DNA of 64,000 nt from a virus (lineage: Duplodnaviria; Caudoviricetes): IMG/VR virus record IMGVR_UViG_3300047564_006189, positions 125 to 64,124 of that record. One strand, given 5' to 3'. This document shows positions 11,301-20,865 of this stretch, one piece after another. The translations under genes and the position numbers were made by a program. The notes under the pieces are model-generated. The model had not been told where the DNA came from. It searched no databases and saw nothing but the letters and a program-made list of their open reading frames with translations. Every line of letters begins with the position of its first letter. Position 1 is the first letter of the stretch.

Positions 11301-12985
11301 GTCTGGGCAGCGAGAGTTCCATTTATAAAAATTTTAACATATGGCGCCGTGTTTTTTCTAACAATAGCCACGTGTGTCCAGGTATTATTTTGTATTGAAC
11401 CAGCTGATGATTGCACATTTATGCTTATGCCGGATCCTGTTTCTTCCACATAATTGATTGAATTGCCTGCTGTTGGGATTTGACAATAATGTCTATCATA
11501 TGAACCACCGATTGAATTGCTGAAAATTGCATCGGGGTATATAGAATCTATAATTTTCGGATATATCCAAAATTCGTATGTCATTGTGTCTATTGTAGAG
11601 ACATTAATTGCATTTAAAGACGTCTCTAAGTAATCGGTGGATCCATTAAAATAAACTGAATTGCCCAAATTCTGACTAAAAGGTCCAAAATCATAAATTG
11701 TTGGTGAACCATATACCGTAAGGGCGGTATTAGCACTTTTATCTTCAAATTGTGAACCATAGATTTCAGTTTCAATATATGAACCTTCATCTTCTGTCTT
11801 TGCGGCTTTTGTCTGCAAATTGTTTTGATCATTAATAAATCTAGTTGAATTAACTAGCATTATATTTGATGATGTAACTGCCTTATGTGTCAAGTCAGTC
11901 ACTGCTCTTTGACCAACAACACCTTCCATTTTAAGATGGACTAAATTTTTATAAAATAAAAGATCTGGTGATGAGGAAGATTTTGTTTCTGGGCCATTTA
12001 ATGGTGGTATTTCTACAAGGAATGGCGGAATCAAAAATCCTGCTGGGATTATCTGTTCATCATTCTGATGAACAAAAAGTGAATCTGATATTTGACCGCC
12101 AGAATTAAATCCTATTGCAATCGGAGTTAATGAATCATTGCTTAAAAATGTTTTAATTGCACCGGTGTTATCTGCAAAAAAGTTTGTAGGAACATCTGCA
12201 ATTTGACCAGTTACAAAACTGTCACCAACTGGATCTTTTGAAAAATTGAAAATTACAGATGCAGTAGAATTAAAAGGAACAAACTCATTTGAACTCTGTG
12301 CTATAAACTGCGTAAAAATCGTGCTAGTATAATTTGAGCTTATAAATTCATTTGAACTTTCTATGTTAACTGAAATTGGAGTTTTAACTAAAACATCAAG
12401 CGTTAAGAAATTAATTTGCTCATTTTTTTCAAAAACATAAAAATTATAAATGGATGATTTGAATTTCTCGGATGTGAATGTGTGAGTTTCTTCTTTTTGT
12501 AATAGGAATGGAATAGGACGAACATATTCTTCATCTATTAAGGAAAATGATTCATTTTTTGTAATTGCTGCCGGAATAGGACGAACATATTCTTCATCAA
12601 TAAATGTTGATATTTCGGCTTTAGCGAATCCTGTAGGTATAGCTCGAAGATATTCTTCATCAATAAATGTTGATATTTCGGCTTTAGCGAATCCTGTAGG
12701 TATAGCTCGAAGATATTCTTCGTCTGTTAAAGTTAATATTTCAGATTTCTGTAAAGTTATAGAAATTGGTTTTAGATAATCCTCTGAGAGGAATGTTATT
12801 ATTTCATTTTTTTCTAAATCAATTGGAAGTTGATTGTAATACTCTGCATCTAAAAAGGTGAATACTTCACTTTTGGCATATGCCGTTGGGATATTTAGAA
12901 AAAAATTAGTGGCCGTGAAATTTTCTGCACCCCAAAGCAGTTTATCCGACTTTGGGGGCCTCCAAATCAAAATGACCGGACGCAT
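8399..12985 (-). CDS. large multi-LamG-domain virion/adhesion protein
   Basis: 1528 aa; several FTIE.W...W.H.A.VR...GY.D..RI LamG-type units; N-terminal ~21-aa repeats. Confidence 0.8.
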   Translation of the reverse strand: MRPVILIWRPPKSDKLLWGAENFTATNFFLNIPTAYAKSEVFTFLDAEYYNQLPIDLEKNEIITFLSEDYLKPISITLQKSEILTLTDEEYLRAIPTGFAKAEISTFIDEEYLRAIPTGFAKAEISTFIDEEYVRPIPAAITKNESFSLIDEEYVRPIPFLLQKEETHTFTSEKFKSSIYNFYVFEKNEQINFLTLDVLVKTPISVNIESSNEFISSNYTSTIFTQFIAQSSNEFVPFNSTASVIFNFSKDPVGDSFVTGQIADVPTNFFADNTGAIKTFLSNDSLTPIAIGFNSGGQISDSLFVHQNDEQIIPAGFLIPPFLVEIPPLNGPETKSSSSPDLLFYKNLVHLKMEGVVGQRAVTDLTHKAVTSSNIMLVNSTRFINDQNNLQTKAAKTEDEGSYIETEIYGSQFEDKSANTALTVYGSPTIYDFGPFSQNLGNSVYFNGSTDYLETSLNAINVSTIDTMTYEFWIYPKIIDSIYPDAIFSNSIGGSYDRHYCQIPTAGNSINYVEETGSGISINVQSSAGSIQNNTWTHVAIVRKNTAPYVKIFINGTLAAQTSTGSLTAVSNNRFLIGRHGGATATANFFRGHISNLRVVKGTEVYTTDFAVPKNNLSIVANTRLLVLQDDTESLDLSDKDFTIEGWWSPLKLSSDGALIGVWSNTTATSSWLVSQGIDSSQLAFSLSDGSKTVRFEGIKNDDEHDPFSSLGWYHWAVVRRNDMLQGFVNGKNISSFTGFFTGTIKAPELPLRVATISDGSRSSYGYFDDIRITKGIARYYDDFIPPRQTSTEPPILPLHLLHFDDTASTQFIDQMQSNWTYYNAGSPASSATITSLAAAFGSGGLSVAGGSGIKTTPAKNILAGDFTIEAWINPQLFNTSSINTIISQDLVTISGFTLYVNANSVVLSYHNDGSRTTTTNFLTGAWYHLVIQRENTNHLIFINGKKHLPVGSGNRFSTASSTLYVGAYTASSVSFNGYIDELRISNFAKYTEDFNLPALAFTENINDENIVAKNLDLYFDPSNSFSFDRNNPGVLLNVNNDGTELLTGGTQKLDHASSNAFSLSCSELDSTATTALIENIDGESTGEFAIEMWLKVAEGANATYTYSSTNLVLPATISSLAPTAQPNVWDHIVLSRSGSIISGYKNSILWGTGTDASMLKNIQFGNRVTGTSVDIGNLRMYNRGLSDNEIVQNYNAQRDRFYKPEVLIKLDYEESPNLFDRSAYNYQTSFVGSATVTTTDFKFGLSCLDMTDSSSGAFFAKGVVKPLEIADFTFETWFKQRGFEGTQSQYLVCACPDPTSGAVDASDISISLESDAGSWKPRFSVRNNGTLTTVLSTSSVSLNTWNNIAITRSGGTLYAFLNGNPFAVVSGVTTNFYNSSWHLGNFYKQVGSNRLGLIGRMDSTRLLKNVCLYTGNYTVSETDFGTSLNLLTVEGGPINEFPVFAIGQIGESFFTRLISSFDVYLTSLSTSGINSVVTAYSPDQNSADSLPINISSMPSTGTLSVSTLYSPEEISANELPISMTPAN
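12587..12721 (-). repeat. 63-bp in-frame tandem repeat (EEYLRAIPTGFAKAEISTFID)
   Basis: two identical 63-nt units starting at 12587 and 12650, flanked by degenerate copies. Confidence 0.9.
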
Positions 12986-12988
12986 ATC

Positions 12989-13903
12989 TTATATTGTCCA
13001 TACCTGCGGGAAGTTTAAGAAAATGCCTGCGCAATTATATCGCTGTCCAGCAACAATGCTCGTTGTTAAAATTTGTAAATCAGCAGTAGAATACAACAAA
13101 CCAACTGTGCCTAACATTGCGCCACGACGATAATGGGAAAATCTAGCAGCTCCAGAGTAGTCATATGCATTTACCGCATTTGTGAAAGTTCCATATAAAA
13201 ATGAATCAGCAGGCACAGTACCTTTGAGTGGACTAACCGTGGCTTGACCGCCAAAACCACCACCAAAGAATGTAGCAGTAAATGAGGAAACTACAGTTCC
13301 AGTACACGGCGTGCTAAATTGAAACACTGCAGTGGAAGTTGTAACAGTTGAGCTTAATAAAGTTGATACTGTGCCAGTAATTGATGGAACAACATTTTTA
13401 ACGTCAAAATTTATTGGTTCATTGAATAGTTTATTTTCTGTTAAGGCTGAAAGTGAAATTGTCCACGTGGCAGAAGGTGTTGATTGATTCACAGTTTGAC
13501 TTGGCTCTTCATAATTTACTGCAGCAAACCACGTTGCCTCGCCAGATCTTAATGCATCAACAAAATTTAAATTACGGCCGCAAATATAACGGTGAGAATC
13601 GGTTTCTTCAATAAAACCCAAATATAAAATATGATCGCTGTGGCCGTACATTGGAAATGACAAAAGAAGATCGCTTTCTCTGTCTGCCAAATCTGTGAAC
13701 TGGGTGACAGTAGGTACTGTCCCTTTGTAAATGTTTAAAACACTATGAACTGTGCTAGTCCCAGCCGGCCCACCAAAAATTGCAGATGACGCAGTGGTAT
13801 CCCAAAGACCATAACCGTTATGAGTTTGTACGCCATAGGCCAACCAAGATTTACCTGCACCCATGAATTTAGCCGCTTCTTTAGAAAATTTTATTGTTGC
13901 CAT
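12989..13903 (-). CDS. virion structural protein (paralog family)
   Basis: IYKGTVP...SGEATWF...GTVG...TADLQI...GQ motif. Confidence 0.6.
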   Translation of the reverse strand: MATIKFSKEAAKFMGAGKSWLAYGVQTHNGYGLWDTTASSAIFGGPAGTSTVHSVLNIYKGTVPTVTQFTDLADRESDLLLSFPMYGHSDHILYLGFIEETDSHRYICGRNLNFVDALRSGEATWFAAVNYEEPSQTVNQSTPSATWTISLSALTENKLFNEPINFDVKNVVPSITGTVSTLLSSTVTTSTAVFQFSTPCTGTVVSSFTATFFGGGFGGQATVSPLKGTVPADSFLYGTFTNAVNAYDYSGAARFSHYRRGAMLGTVGLLYSTADLQILTTSIVAGQRYNCAGIFLNFPQVWTI

Positions 13904-13915
13904 AATTTTTCTCTC

Positions 13916-14434
13916 TTATATGATGGACAAATTAAACCAGCAAATGATAGCTTGGCCTGTCGTAACGGTGCTCGTTGAAACTGTTAACAAACTATTTGTT
14001 CCAGGAATTCCAACAGAATCTGAAATGGTAACTATGCCCTCTTCAGTACTAGACCGCGGATTAGATCTTATTGCGAACCAATCTATTTTTCCAGATGCGA
14101 CTGCCGAGTAAAGCACAGTGTTAAAATAAATTTTATCATCTGTGGCATTGCCTTTTGTTCCGCCATCATCGATGGTTATATTAGAATTAAGATCTTGCTC
14201 AAAGATAAAATTTGATAAAGAAGGATGCGGTTGACTGCCAGTATAGTACGTGCTGTCGATTGGATTTGCTGGATACGGCCTAATAGAACTATCAAAAAGA
14301 TATATAGTTTTTGACGTACCGAATGGAGCAACATTATCTCTGCCATCTGCGTTGTTTCTATCTCGTTGGTGTTTGAATGTTAAATTAAAATATAGAGCAT
14401 CTTTAATAAGATACTCGTTGAATGAAATTGCCAT
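13916..14434 (-). CDS. virion structural protein (paralog family)
   Basis: SGKIDWF...DSVG..GTNS.L.VS...TGQ motif; TATAAATA upstream. Confidence 0.55.
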   Translation of the reverse strand: MAISFNEYLIKDALYFNLTFKHQRDRNNADGRDNVAPFGTSKTIYLFDSSIRPYPANPIDSTYYTGSQPHPSLSNFIFEQDLNSNITIDDGGTKGNATDDKIYFNTVLYSAVASGKIDWFAIRSNPRSSTEEGIVTISDSVGIPGTNSLLTVSTSTVTTGQAIICWFNLSII

Positions 14435-14480
14435 TCTAGATCTCCAAAATTCCTAGGAAAATATCCTGCTTGTAGTAACT

Positions 14481-14488
14481 TATTTATA
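14481..14488 (-). promoter_or_regulatory. T4-type late promoter TATAAATA
   Basis: exact match upstream of the structural cluster; AATAAATA variants at 2546-2553, 7229-7236 and 8392-8399 upstream of other structural genes. Confidence 0.7.
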
Positions 14489-14565
14489 TTTTCTGCACAA
14501 ACACGAAATAATATTTAAGAAAAATATTTACAAACTATTATCCAAATTACGCCTGCATCAAAACA

Positions 14566-14588
14566 AAAACCGCCTTTTGGGCGGTTTT
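14566..14588 (-). terminator. intrinsic terminator (possibly bidirectional)
   Basis: AAAACCGCC-TTTTG-GGCGGTTTT hairpin. Confidence 0.8.
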
Positions 14589-14617
14589 CATGATAAGAGT
14601 AATATTGTTAAATCAAT

Positions 14618-14833
14618 TTATTCGGCTTTTGGCTCATTGTCTGATTTAACCACGGCAATAATTTCTGACGATAATTGACGAAGTGCAGCTTCCAATTTTG
14701 CAACTTCTAATCTCGCCGTAGCAAGTTCTCCACTCCATGTTTGATAAAATGAAATTAAGCTTCTCGCAGCTGGTGAGAGTTTCTCAACTTCGTATTCTAC
14801 ACCATCAATTGTGACTTTTGGAACTTGGCTCAT
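14618..14833 (-). CDS. small coiled-coil hypothetical protein
   Basis: VTIDGVEYEVEKLS motif then heptad repeats; AGGAGA RBS. Confidence 0.7.
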   Translation of the reverse strand: MSQVPKVTIDGVEYEVEKLSPAARSLISFYQTWSGELATARLEVAKLEAALRQLSSEIIAVVKSDNEPKAE

Positions 14834-14899
14834 ATTTTATTTCTCCTATATTTTATGATATAAACATATTGATTATGAGATATATTTATCATCTTTTAT

Positions 14900-16198
14900 C
14901 TAATTCTTCATTAGATCTAATAAACTTTTTGTTGATTTGATTTTTTCTTCTCTAGCCTGTTCAGGCGATAATTTTTTAGATACTCCATTTAACAGAGAAG
15001 TAACTCTTAAGGTTTTTGCGTCCCAACCAAGAGTTATTGTTTTGCCGACAGTTGGCGCATTTCGCGCTTTTGCAACTTGAATCACATATTCGCCAGCATC
15101 TCTCATCAGATTATCTTGAATGATTGCCAGCAAAAAGTCTGCGGTATTAACCTTTGAGATGCCGCCTTGGATGTGACCTTGATTAATTTCTTCAGCGTCA
15201 AGAGCCGCCCTGCCCATCTGCGAAGCTGATAACACTGCGCAGTTGAATTCTGCGCCAAGGGCTCGAGCTTCTTCAGTTAGGTACTTATCCTTGATGAAGA
15301 GATTATCTGCCGCAACCTTATTATTGGTGGCCATGATGTCAAGATAATCTATAATGATAACATCAGGATCCCAGCCGGCTTCAAGCTGCAGCTGTTTTAC
15401 GTAGGCACGAATCTGATTTGCGGAAGTTACGCTTTCAGGCATTCTTTTGATCTGTAGCTTGCCATAACTTTCACGCCGCTTTTCAATTTCGGCAATCACC
15501 ATCTGCTTATTTGTCTGCAGCTTAAACTGCTCGATACCAGTGATCATCGAGTCAAATCTTTTTGCGACAATTTTATCAGCAAGCTCAAGCGTGATATAAA
15601 CCACGTTCAAACCTTGGGCGACCAGGTAAGCGCCGATGTTGGCGAGAAATATCGACTTACCGACACCAGAGTTTGCCATGAACAGAATGATCTCTTGCCT
15701 CATTAGCCCGCCGTTGATAACAGCATCAAGCTCTGGTAGGCCAGTAGACATTGGTTTGAACGCCGACTCGGCCTCGGCCATCCGCTTTTCAGGATCGGCA
15801 AAGTAATCAACGCCAAGATCTTTTGTAAGGCCAAGAGCCACGGCTTCTTTTATCAGCTTCTCAATCGCGCCAGTATCTTGCTTTTCAAGCAGCTCAACCG
15901 ATTTAATGATCGCTGACGTGATGGCTTGATTTCTACACAGCGTTTCAACTTCAGCCGCGACATAATCAAGTTCAGCCTTGTGAACTTGTAAGCCTTCAAG
16001 TTCAACTGATGTCTCGGCCTTGATTGCTTGTAGCGAAGGCAAACCTTTGTGTTTTGTGAAAAATTCTTGCATGAACCTGACGGCTTTTCTCACTGACGCG
16101 TCAAAGTAATCTGGCTTTATGATTGAGTGACAGATTGCAAACAGCTCTGGGTTGCTAGCCAAACAGCTAACTAAGTGATGTTGTTTATTTGGTTCCAT
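14900..16198 (-). CDS. replicative DnaB-family helicase (T4 gp41-like)
   Basis: Walker A ANSGVGKS, YITLE, IIIDYLD, SASQMGR, KARN. Confidence 0.92.
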   Translation of the reverse strand: MEPNKQHHLVSCLASNPELFAICHSIIKPDYFDASVRKAVRFMQEFFTKHKGLPSLQAIKAETSVELEGLQVHKAELDYVAAEVETLCRNQAITSAIIKSVELLEKQDTGAIEKLIKEAVALGLTKDLGVDYFADPEKRMAEAESAFKPMSTGLPELDAVINGGLMRQEIILFMANSGVGKSIFLANIGAYLVAQGLNVVYITLELADKIVAKRFDSMITGIEQFKLQTNKQMVIAEIEKRRESYGKLQIKRMPESVTSANQIRAYVKQLQLEAGWDPDVIIIDYLDIMATNNKVAADNLFIKDKYLTEEARALGAEFNCAVLSASQMGRAALDAEEINQGHIQGGISKVNTADFLLAIIQDNLMRDAGEYVIQVAKARNAPTVGKTITLGWDAKTLRVTSLLNGVSKKLSPEQAREEKIKSTKSLLDLMKN

Positions 16199-17189
16199 TT
16201 GGAGAGAGTAGATTTAATTTTAGTCGTAGCAGTGCTTCGGTGGTAGATGGTGGAATACTTTTCATTATATTATATACAACCCAAGGCGCTCCAGTTTTTA
16301 CTAACGCTTCATTAGCGTCTCTGAACCCTGATGGGATGAATGATACTTCAAATCCAGCATTGATCGCCGCTTCACCGAGCAGGGTACCAGTTTTATCTCG
16401 ATCAACCACAAAAATTAAGCGGCGTTTAGCGTTTTTTAAAAGTTCTAATTTACTTTCACTGAGCTTACTGCCAAGCAGAGCAATTCCATTAAACGGGATC
16501 GCATCAAAAATACCCTCGAACACCAGTAGCGGCAGCGAGGTATTTCTATAGAGCTCATCCATCCCGAACATGACAGCTGAACTCGGTGCAGAACAAGAAA
16601 TGTACCTGAGTTTTTCGAAGCTGTCAAGTGCTCGCGCAGTCCAAAAAATTAATTTGTCACGATAATAACATGGAATCAACAACCTTCGTGCGAGCTTTCC
16701 TTCTTTGACAACGTAAAAAGACAAGTCTGGCCTGAGAGCTCGGCGCTGCTGCAAGTACTCGACTGCTAGGTGCTCAAGATCATCAAAAGGCTGCGTGAGG
16801 TTTAGTTTCTTGGCTTCTGCTGGTAGCTCAATCTCCCTCAGGAAGACACTCTGTTTTTTCTTGGTCAATGACTTTAGCGTTATCTCTGTTTCTTCCTTGG
16901 TTAGGAATTTTGCCGCGGTCACTGAATTTATATCTTCATCTGAACTGCCAAATGCCTTCAGCAGCTTCCTGAAGTTTGCTGAGACCTTGTTTGAGGTTTC
17001 ATCATGGATAACTTTAAATTGGCAGTTAAAGCAAGAATAACCAATTTTTCCAGCTTCAAATTTAAAGCCGCCACGATCCTTGTAGTCATGACAGACTGGA
17101 CATTTTGTTCGCTCAAATCCGGTGGCGCTTGGTCTGCCTAAAAAGGCCCTGGCCCGAATCAGCTGTTCAAAAGATGAAAAATCATTCAA
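16185..17189 (-). CDS. DNA primase (T4 gp61-like)
   Basis: Zn finger CPVC...CFNC; TOPRIM FEGIFDA and DRD; overlaps the helicase start. Confidence 0.88.
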   Translation of the reverse strand: MNDFSSFEQLIRARAFLGRPSATGFERTKCPVCHDYKDRGGFKFEAGKIGYSCFNCQFKVIHDETSNKVSANFRKLLKAFGSSDEDINSVTAAKFLTKEETEITLKSLTKKKQSVFLREIELPAEAKKLNLTQPFDDLEHLAVEYLQQRRALRPDLSFYVVKEGKLARRLLIPCYYRDKLIFWTARALDSFEKLRYISCSAPSSAVMFGMDELYRNTSLPLLVFEGIFDAIPFNGIALLGSKLSESKLELLKNAKRRLIFVVDRDKTGTLLGEAAINAGFEVSFIPSGFRDANEALVKTGAPWVVYNIMKSIPPSTTEALLRLKLNLLSPNGTK

Positions 17190-17277
17190 CTTAATTTTCC
17201 AATCAAATAAATTATCAGGTTTATTATATCACCTTCGGTAATAATAAAGATGTAAAATGTGCTATTTTAAAATCAAC

Positions 17278-19560
17278 TTATTGGCTTTGCCCGAGCAGCG
17301 CCTTAGATATTCGTACAATGAACGGATTATCCATCTGCACATATCGGTGAAGTACACACTTAGCTGAATCACTACTGATATTTAAGGCCTCCTTTCCAAA
17401 GACCTCCTTGATGTCCAATTCTTGTCCTTCTAACATGTTCCAGCCAATCACATTAAAATTGATTTCATTTCTGATTAATTTTTTCTTAATCAGCCTTAAA
17501 GCAATTTTTTTGATAAAGCCCGCAGGAGACATTTTATCAGTTATCACCACTATTTCCGCTTGTGACAACTGCCTATTGTCATAAGAAATATTAATTTTCC
17601 CGGCGATAAGATCTGAGATTAAAGATCTGGGCAAAGATGGGGTAATACTAAACAAGGGCGTTTTTTCTACAGATCTAGGGTTCAAAAAAGTATAGTTGCC
17701 TATTACCCCCGCAAAATTGGAATCCGAGCCATCCGAAAGCAGAATTATGTTTTTAATCTGGGCCGTATTATGCTGCAATATATTTTCAGCTAAGCTTAGT
17801 GCTTCGAAGATGGTGGTGCCGCTCATGCTTGTGAGCTTGACAATATTAACAAACATTTTCTTAAGTTCATCTTCAGGAAAGTCCTGAATTAATTTTTCGA
17901 AATGTTTGCGTGTATTCTGGAAATTGTTTCGGATCTTGTTTCTATTTAGGCTGATCGTGTTAAGAAGGCTAATATAATCAGTACTCAGCAGGGTTTTCCA
18001 GGAATATCTTCCGCCGCCATACGAGGCATGTAACGAACCAAACACGTTCGAAATTGCTAAATGCGACGAAATGTAAAGGTTTAATAACCTGTCATTTAAT
18101 TCATGTTTCTGTTTTTTCGTATTTAGAACTTTAATAAATTTAGGCTGTCTAAAAAGTAAACCTGAATAACGCTGCTGTTGTTCTGGTGGCATTTTTCGCA
18201 GCTTGTTCGTAAATGAAGCTTGTCTGGCTCCAGTGTCCGTGTATAGCCAGATTTCGAGTTCAACATCCGCCAGATTTGCGAAGTGAACTAGCTCGAGCGC
18301 GCGGTGAACAAGAGCTGCAAGGCTTTTACGCATTGAGCCACTCCAGTCTAACATAACAACATACGCGTGATTTTGTTGGTTCTGCTGAATGCACTTATTC
18401 CTAAAGATGTCATCTTGAATTTGAAATAGGCTCGCCCGGGTTGGATCGAGCGTGCCAGTTTTACGAAAACTCGTCATGCTGTAATTTCTGGCGTGAACCT
18501 GTTTAATGAACGCTGAAAAAAATTTCTGGCCGGCGGCTTTTGCGCTTCGATTTACAGTGTTAAAATTCTTTTTTAGCTCTTGAAATATCGGATGAGTATC
18601 TAATAATTTTGGATATCCATAGCTTGCATAGTTCTCCGGAGCTTCATTCCTGAAGTCGAGCACATCATAAATTTCCGCCAGCTCGGTTATTTCTTTATGC
18701 GTGCCAATTTTCAAGTTGCCAATATCGTCTTCTATCCAAAATTGCCCTGTCATTTTTTCATCAGGCTGCGTATTCTTATCTTTTAACTTGTCCGCAATGT
18801 TATCGTCGTTAAAGACATGTTTTTTATGTTTTTCTAGAAGTTCGTCAAGCTGGGCATTTGATAACTTCTGCAGACTGCTGCCACCCGCGCCACCTTCACC
18901 TGCTCCGTCAGCCTCGCCATCGCTGAACATAATATCACCATTTGGGTCTTGTTCAGCATCAGACTCCCCGTATTCTGCGATGGCGTCTTTCACCAGCCCA
19001 GAAAATGAAATCCTAGCTACGAGCTCTGGTTCGTTAATGAAGATGGCCCGATTGAACAGCTCAACGTGTTCAGGCTTTAAATACGTCGGCCAGTCAAAAA
19101 ATTTTCCGATCGGAAAACCCTTGCAGTTTGCTGTCAGCAGATTTAGCAGCTCAATTACCTTGCATTCGTTTTGTTCTTCCTTGGGCTCCTTTTCGAATAC
19201 TTCCACGAAGAGCTCAGTTCTATTTTGCTTGATCCCTGGATATTTTTTTCCAGTTTTACGGTCGACGTAGCCATCTTCGATCGCGTTCCAGACATTCTGC
19301 AAGAAGTTACAGCCACCAAAAATCTCTTCGGGCTTGGTGTCTTCAGGTAGGTTGGTGTACAACGCGTGACCTACCTCATGAACCAACAGCGCAGGCGTGT
19401 ACTGCTGCATGTCGTCATTCAGCTTTGAGATGTGAAGAACTCTTGATTTTAAATCAAAGGCCGCGAGCCCTGATATGTCAGAATTGAATCTGACGTAGAT
19501 ATTTTCTGCCGCGAGTAATTTTGCGAGGAGTTCGTTTGTTTGTAATTCTGATAGGATCAT
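17278..19560 (-). CDS. CobT-like protein: N-terminal HExxH metallopeptidase-like domain plus C-terminal vWA domain
   Basis: HEVGHALYT, WNAIEDGYVD, TGTLD, MIDAS LDWSGSM, GTT, ILLSDG. Confidence 0.8.
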   Translation of the reverse strand: MILSELQTNELLAKLLAAENIYVRFNSDISGLAAFDLKSRVLHISKLNDDMQQYTPALLVHEVGHALYTNLPEDTKPEEIFGGCNFLQNVWNAIEDGYVDRKTGKKYPGIKQNRTELFVEVFEKEPKEEQNECKVIELLNLLTANCKGFPIGKFFDWPTYLKPEHVELFNRAIFINEPELVARISFSGLVKDAIAEYGESDAEQDPNGDIMFSDGEADGAGEGGAGGSSLQKLSNAQLDELLEKHKKHVFNDDNIADKLKDKNTQPDEKMTGQFWIEDDIGNLKIGTHKEITELAEIYDVLDFRNEAPENYASYGYPKLLDTHPIFQELKKNFNTVNRSAKAAGQKFFSAFIKQVHARNYSMTSFRKTGTLDPTRASLFQIQDDIFRNKCIQQNQQNHAYVVMLDWSGSMRKSLAALVHRALELVHFANLADVELEIWLYTDTGARQASFTNKLRKMPPEQQQRYSGLLFRQPKFIKVLNTKKQKHELNDRLLNLYISSHLAISNVFGSLHASYGGGRYSWKTLLSTDYISLLNTISLNRNKIRNNFQNTRKHFEKLIQDFPEDELKKMFVNIVKLTSMSGTTIFEALSLAENILQHNTAQIKNIILLSDGSDSNFAGVIGNYTFLNPRSVEKTPLFSITPSLPRSLISDLIAGKINISYDNRQLSQAEIVVITDKMSPAGFIKKIALRLIKKKLIRNEINFNVIGWNMLEGQELDIKEVFGKEALNISSDSAKCVLHRYVQMDNPFIVRISKALLGQSQ

Positions 19561-19646
19561 TTTATTTCTTTAAGGATTAGGCTTCTACCCTTTTCACTGC
19601 CTTTTAGATGTCTGTTTCGATATTTGTAGGACTTGAGAATTTGCAT
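19557..19646 (-). other. 29-codon mini-ORF, possible IS605/TnpB remnant
   Basis: MQILKSYKYR resembles the TnpB N-terminus (K.YKYRLYP); stop overlaps the vWA gene start. Confidence 0.3.
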
Positions 19647-19673
19647 TTGGTTACTGATAAAAGTTATACGAAA

Positions 19674-20006
19674 TTATATCACACACGTTGAGCTATGTGT
19701 CCAAGCCAAATTTTTGTTGATCATTTTTGAAAGATGAACTGCGATTCCGACTGGGTCGAATCCTCTTTGTTTTTCTTTGCCATATTCCCTTGTTACGGAG
19801 AGCCAAAGTTCTTCACCGCCTTTACCGCCAAAGACGTTGCCATTTTCAAAATCTTCACACTCCAACATCATTTGTTCAACACACTGCTTTACTACTAATC
19901 TGCAAAATTCATTAACTGCTTCTACGTCTTTCGAATCTGGTTCATTGAGGTAAAGATGATAATCAAGACCTGCTTCACACGCAAGCTTCAAGATCAAATC
20001 ATTCAT
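19674..20006 (-). CDS. small protein, 'FAELIV.EC' family
   Basis: MNDLILKLACEAGL...EFCRLVVKQC. Confidence 0.7.
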   Translation of the reverse strand: MNDLILKLACEAGLDYHLYLNEPDSKDVEAVNEFCRLVVKQCVEQMMLECEDFENGNVFGGKGGEELWLSVTREYGKEKQRGFDPVGIAVHLSKMINKNLAWTHSSTCVI

Positions 20007-20239
20007 GGCAGTTTAATTCCTAGTGTGTCGGGGCTGTAATCAATCCAGCGTTTATCTCCATCCTCATAGAGATATGCATCGTCATCGCATATTTGGAACA
20101 TGAGAGCATAAAGCTCAATGTCATACTCTTTACACATTGAAAGCTTCACTTCATCATACACCCTAACTTTGAATTTTCCATCACCAGCATACACAAGGCT
20201 GCACCACCGGCCATTGGCATTTTCTGTCTTCAACTTCAT
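20003..20239 (-). CDS. hypothetical protein
   Basis: ATGA-coupled to neighbours, RBS present. Confidence 0.6.
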   Translation of the reverse strand: MKLKTENANGRWCSLVYAGDGKFKVRVYDEVKLSMCKEYDIELYALMFQICDDDAYLYEDGDKRWIDYSPDTLGIKLP

Positions 20240-20469
20240 TCTCCTTTATCAATAACGGCCGCAGACAATTGTGCCACACTGTTCCTAATTCCTAATATTG
20301 AATTTCGGTGCTCAATAACTTCTTCTGTTTCATTCAAGATATTATCGGCCACGCACCACGCACCAACGTATTCAATCTGGCCACGCCCTGCTTTTACGCC
20401 AAGCGCGACTGCTTGCGCAAGCAAATCCCTTAAAGAGATTTTATCGTCAATAATTCTATTTTCAATCAT
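20236..20469 (-). CDS. hypothetical protein
   Basis: GGAG RBS; directly downstream of the promoter at 20512-20540. Confidence 0.6.
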   Translation of the reverse strand: MIENRIIDDKISLRDLLAQAVALGVKAGRGQIEYVGAWCVADNILNETEEVIEHRNSILGIRNSVAQLSAAVIDKGE

Positions 20470-20511
20470 GGGCAGTCTCCATAATCAAGTTACATGACTT
20501 AACATATCATG

Positions 20512-20540
20512 ATTGTATATCAGAAACTAATTCTTGTACA
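20512..20540 (-). promoter_or_regulatory. sigma70/early-type promoter
   Basis: TGTACA-17 nt-TACAAT. Confidence 0.6.
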
Positions 20541-20586
20541 CTGCCTATTGTTTCGAATGTGGTAAAATCACACGTGTTGCGAGGCG

Positions 20587-20865
20587 TTACGCCCCTACGC
20601 CCAATGAATCACTGTCGTCGTGCCGATCATCATAGATTGTAAAAGAGAAGCCATAACCTGCTAAGGCCAGCCACACCGAAAGCCGTGGGGCATGATTGCC
20701 CTTGATTGCGGCTTCTACTTCAATCATAGATACAATTTCAGTGTCTTTGAATAGAACTAATTCCCAATGTTTGTGTGATACCGGCAGTGACCCGTTATAA
20801 TCACGCTGTTTGAAGTCATACTTATTTGAAAATGGATTCGTAATTGTTAAATTAAATTTTAACAT
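20587..20865 (-). CDS. hypothetical protein
   Basis: ORF in co-oriented array; ITNPFS...HKHWEL...IYDDRH. Confidence 0.6.
   Translation of the reverse strand: MLKFNLTITNPFSNKYDFKQRDYNGSLPVSHKHWELVLFKDTEIVSMIEVEAAIKGNHAPRLSVWLALAGYGFSFTIYDDRHDDSDSLGVGA

Noticed and set aside
1142-14456. Numerous plus-strand ORFs in the tail region
   Set aside because: They are antisense shadows of long Gly/Ser/Thr-rich minus-strand genes.
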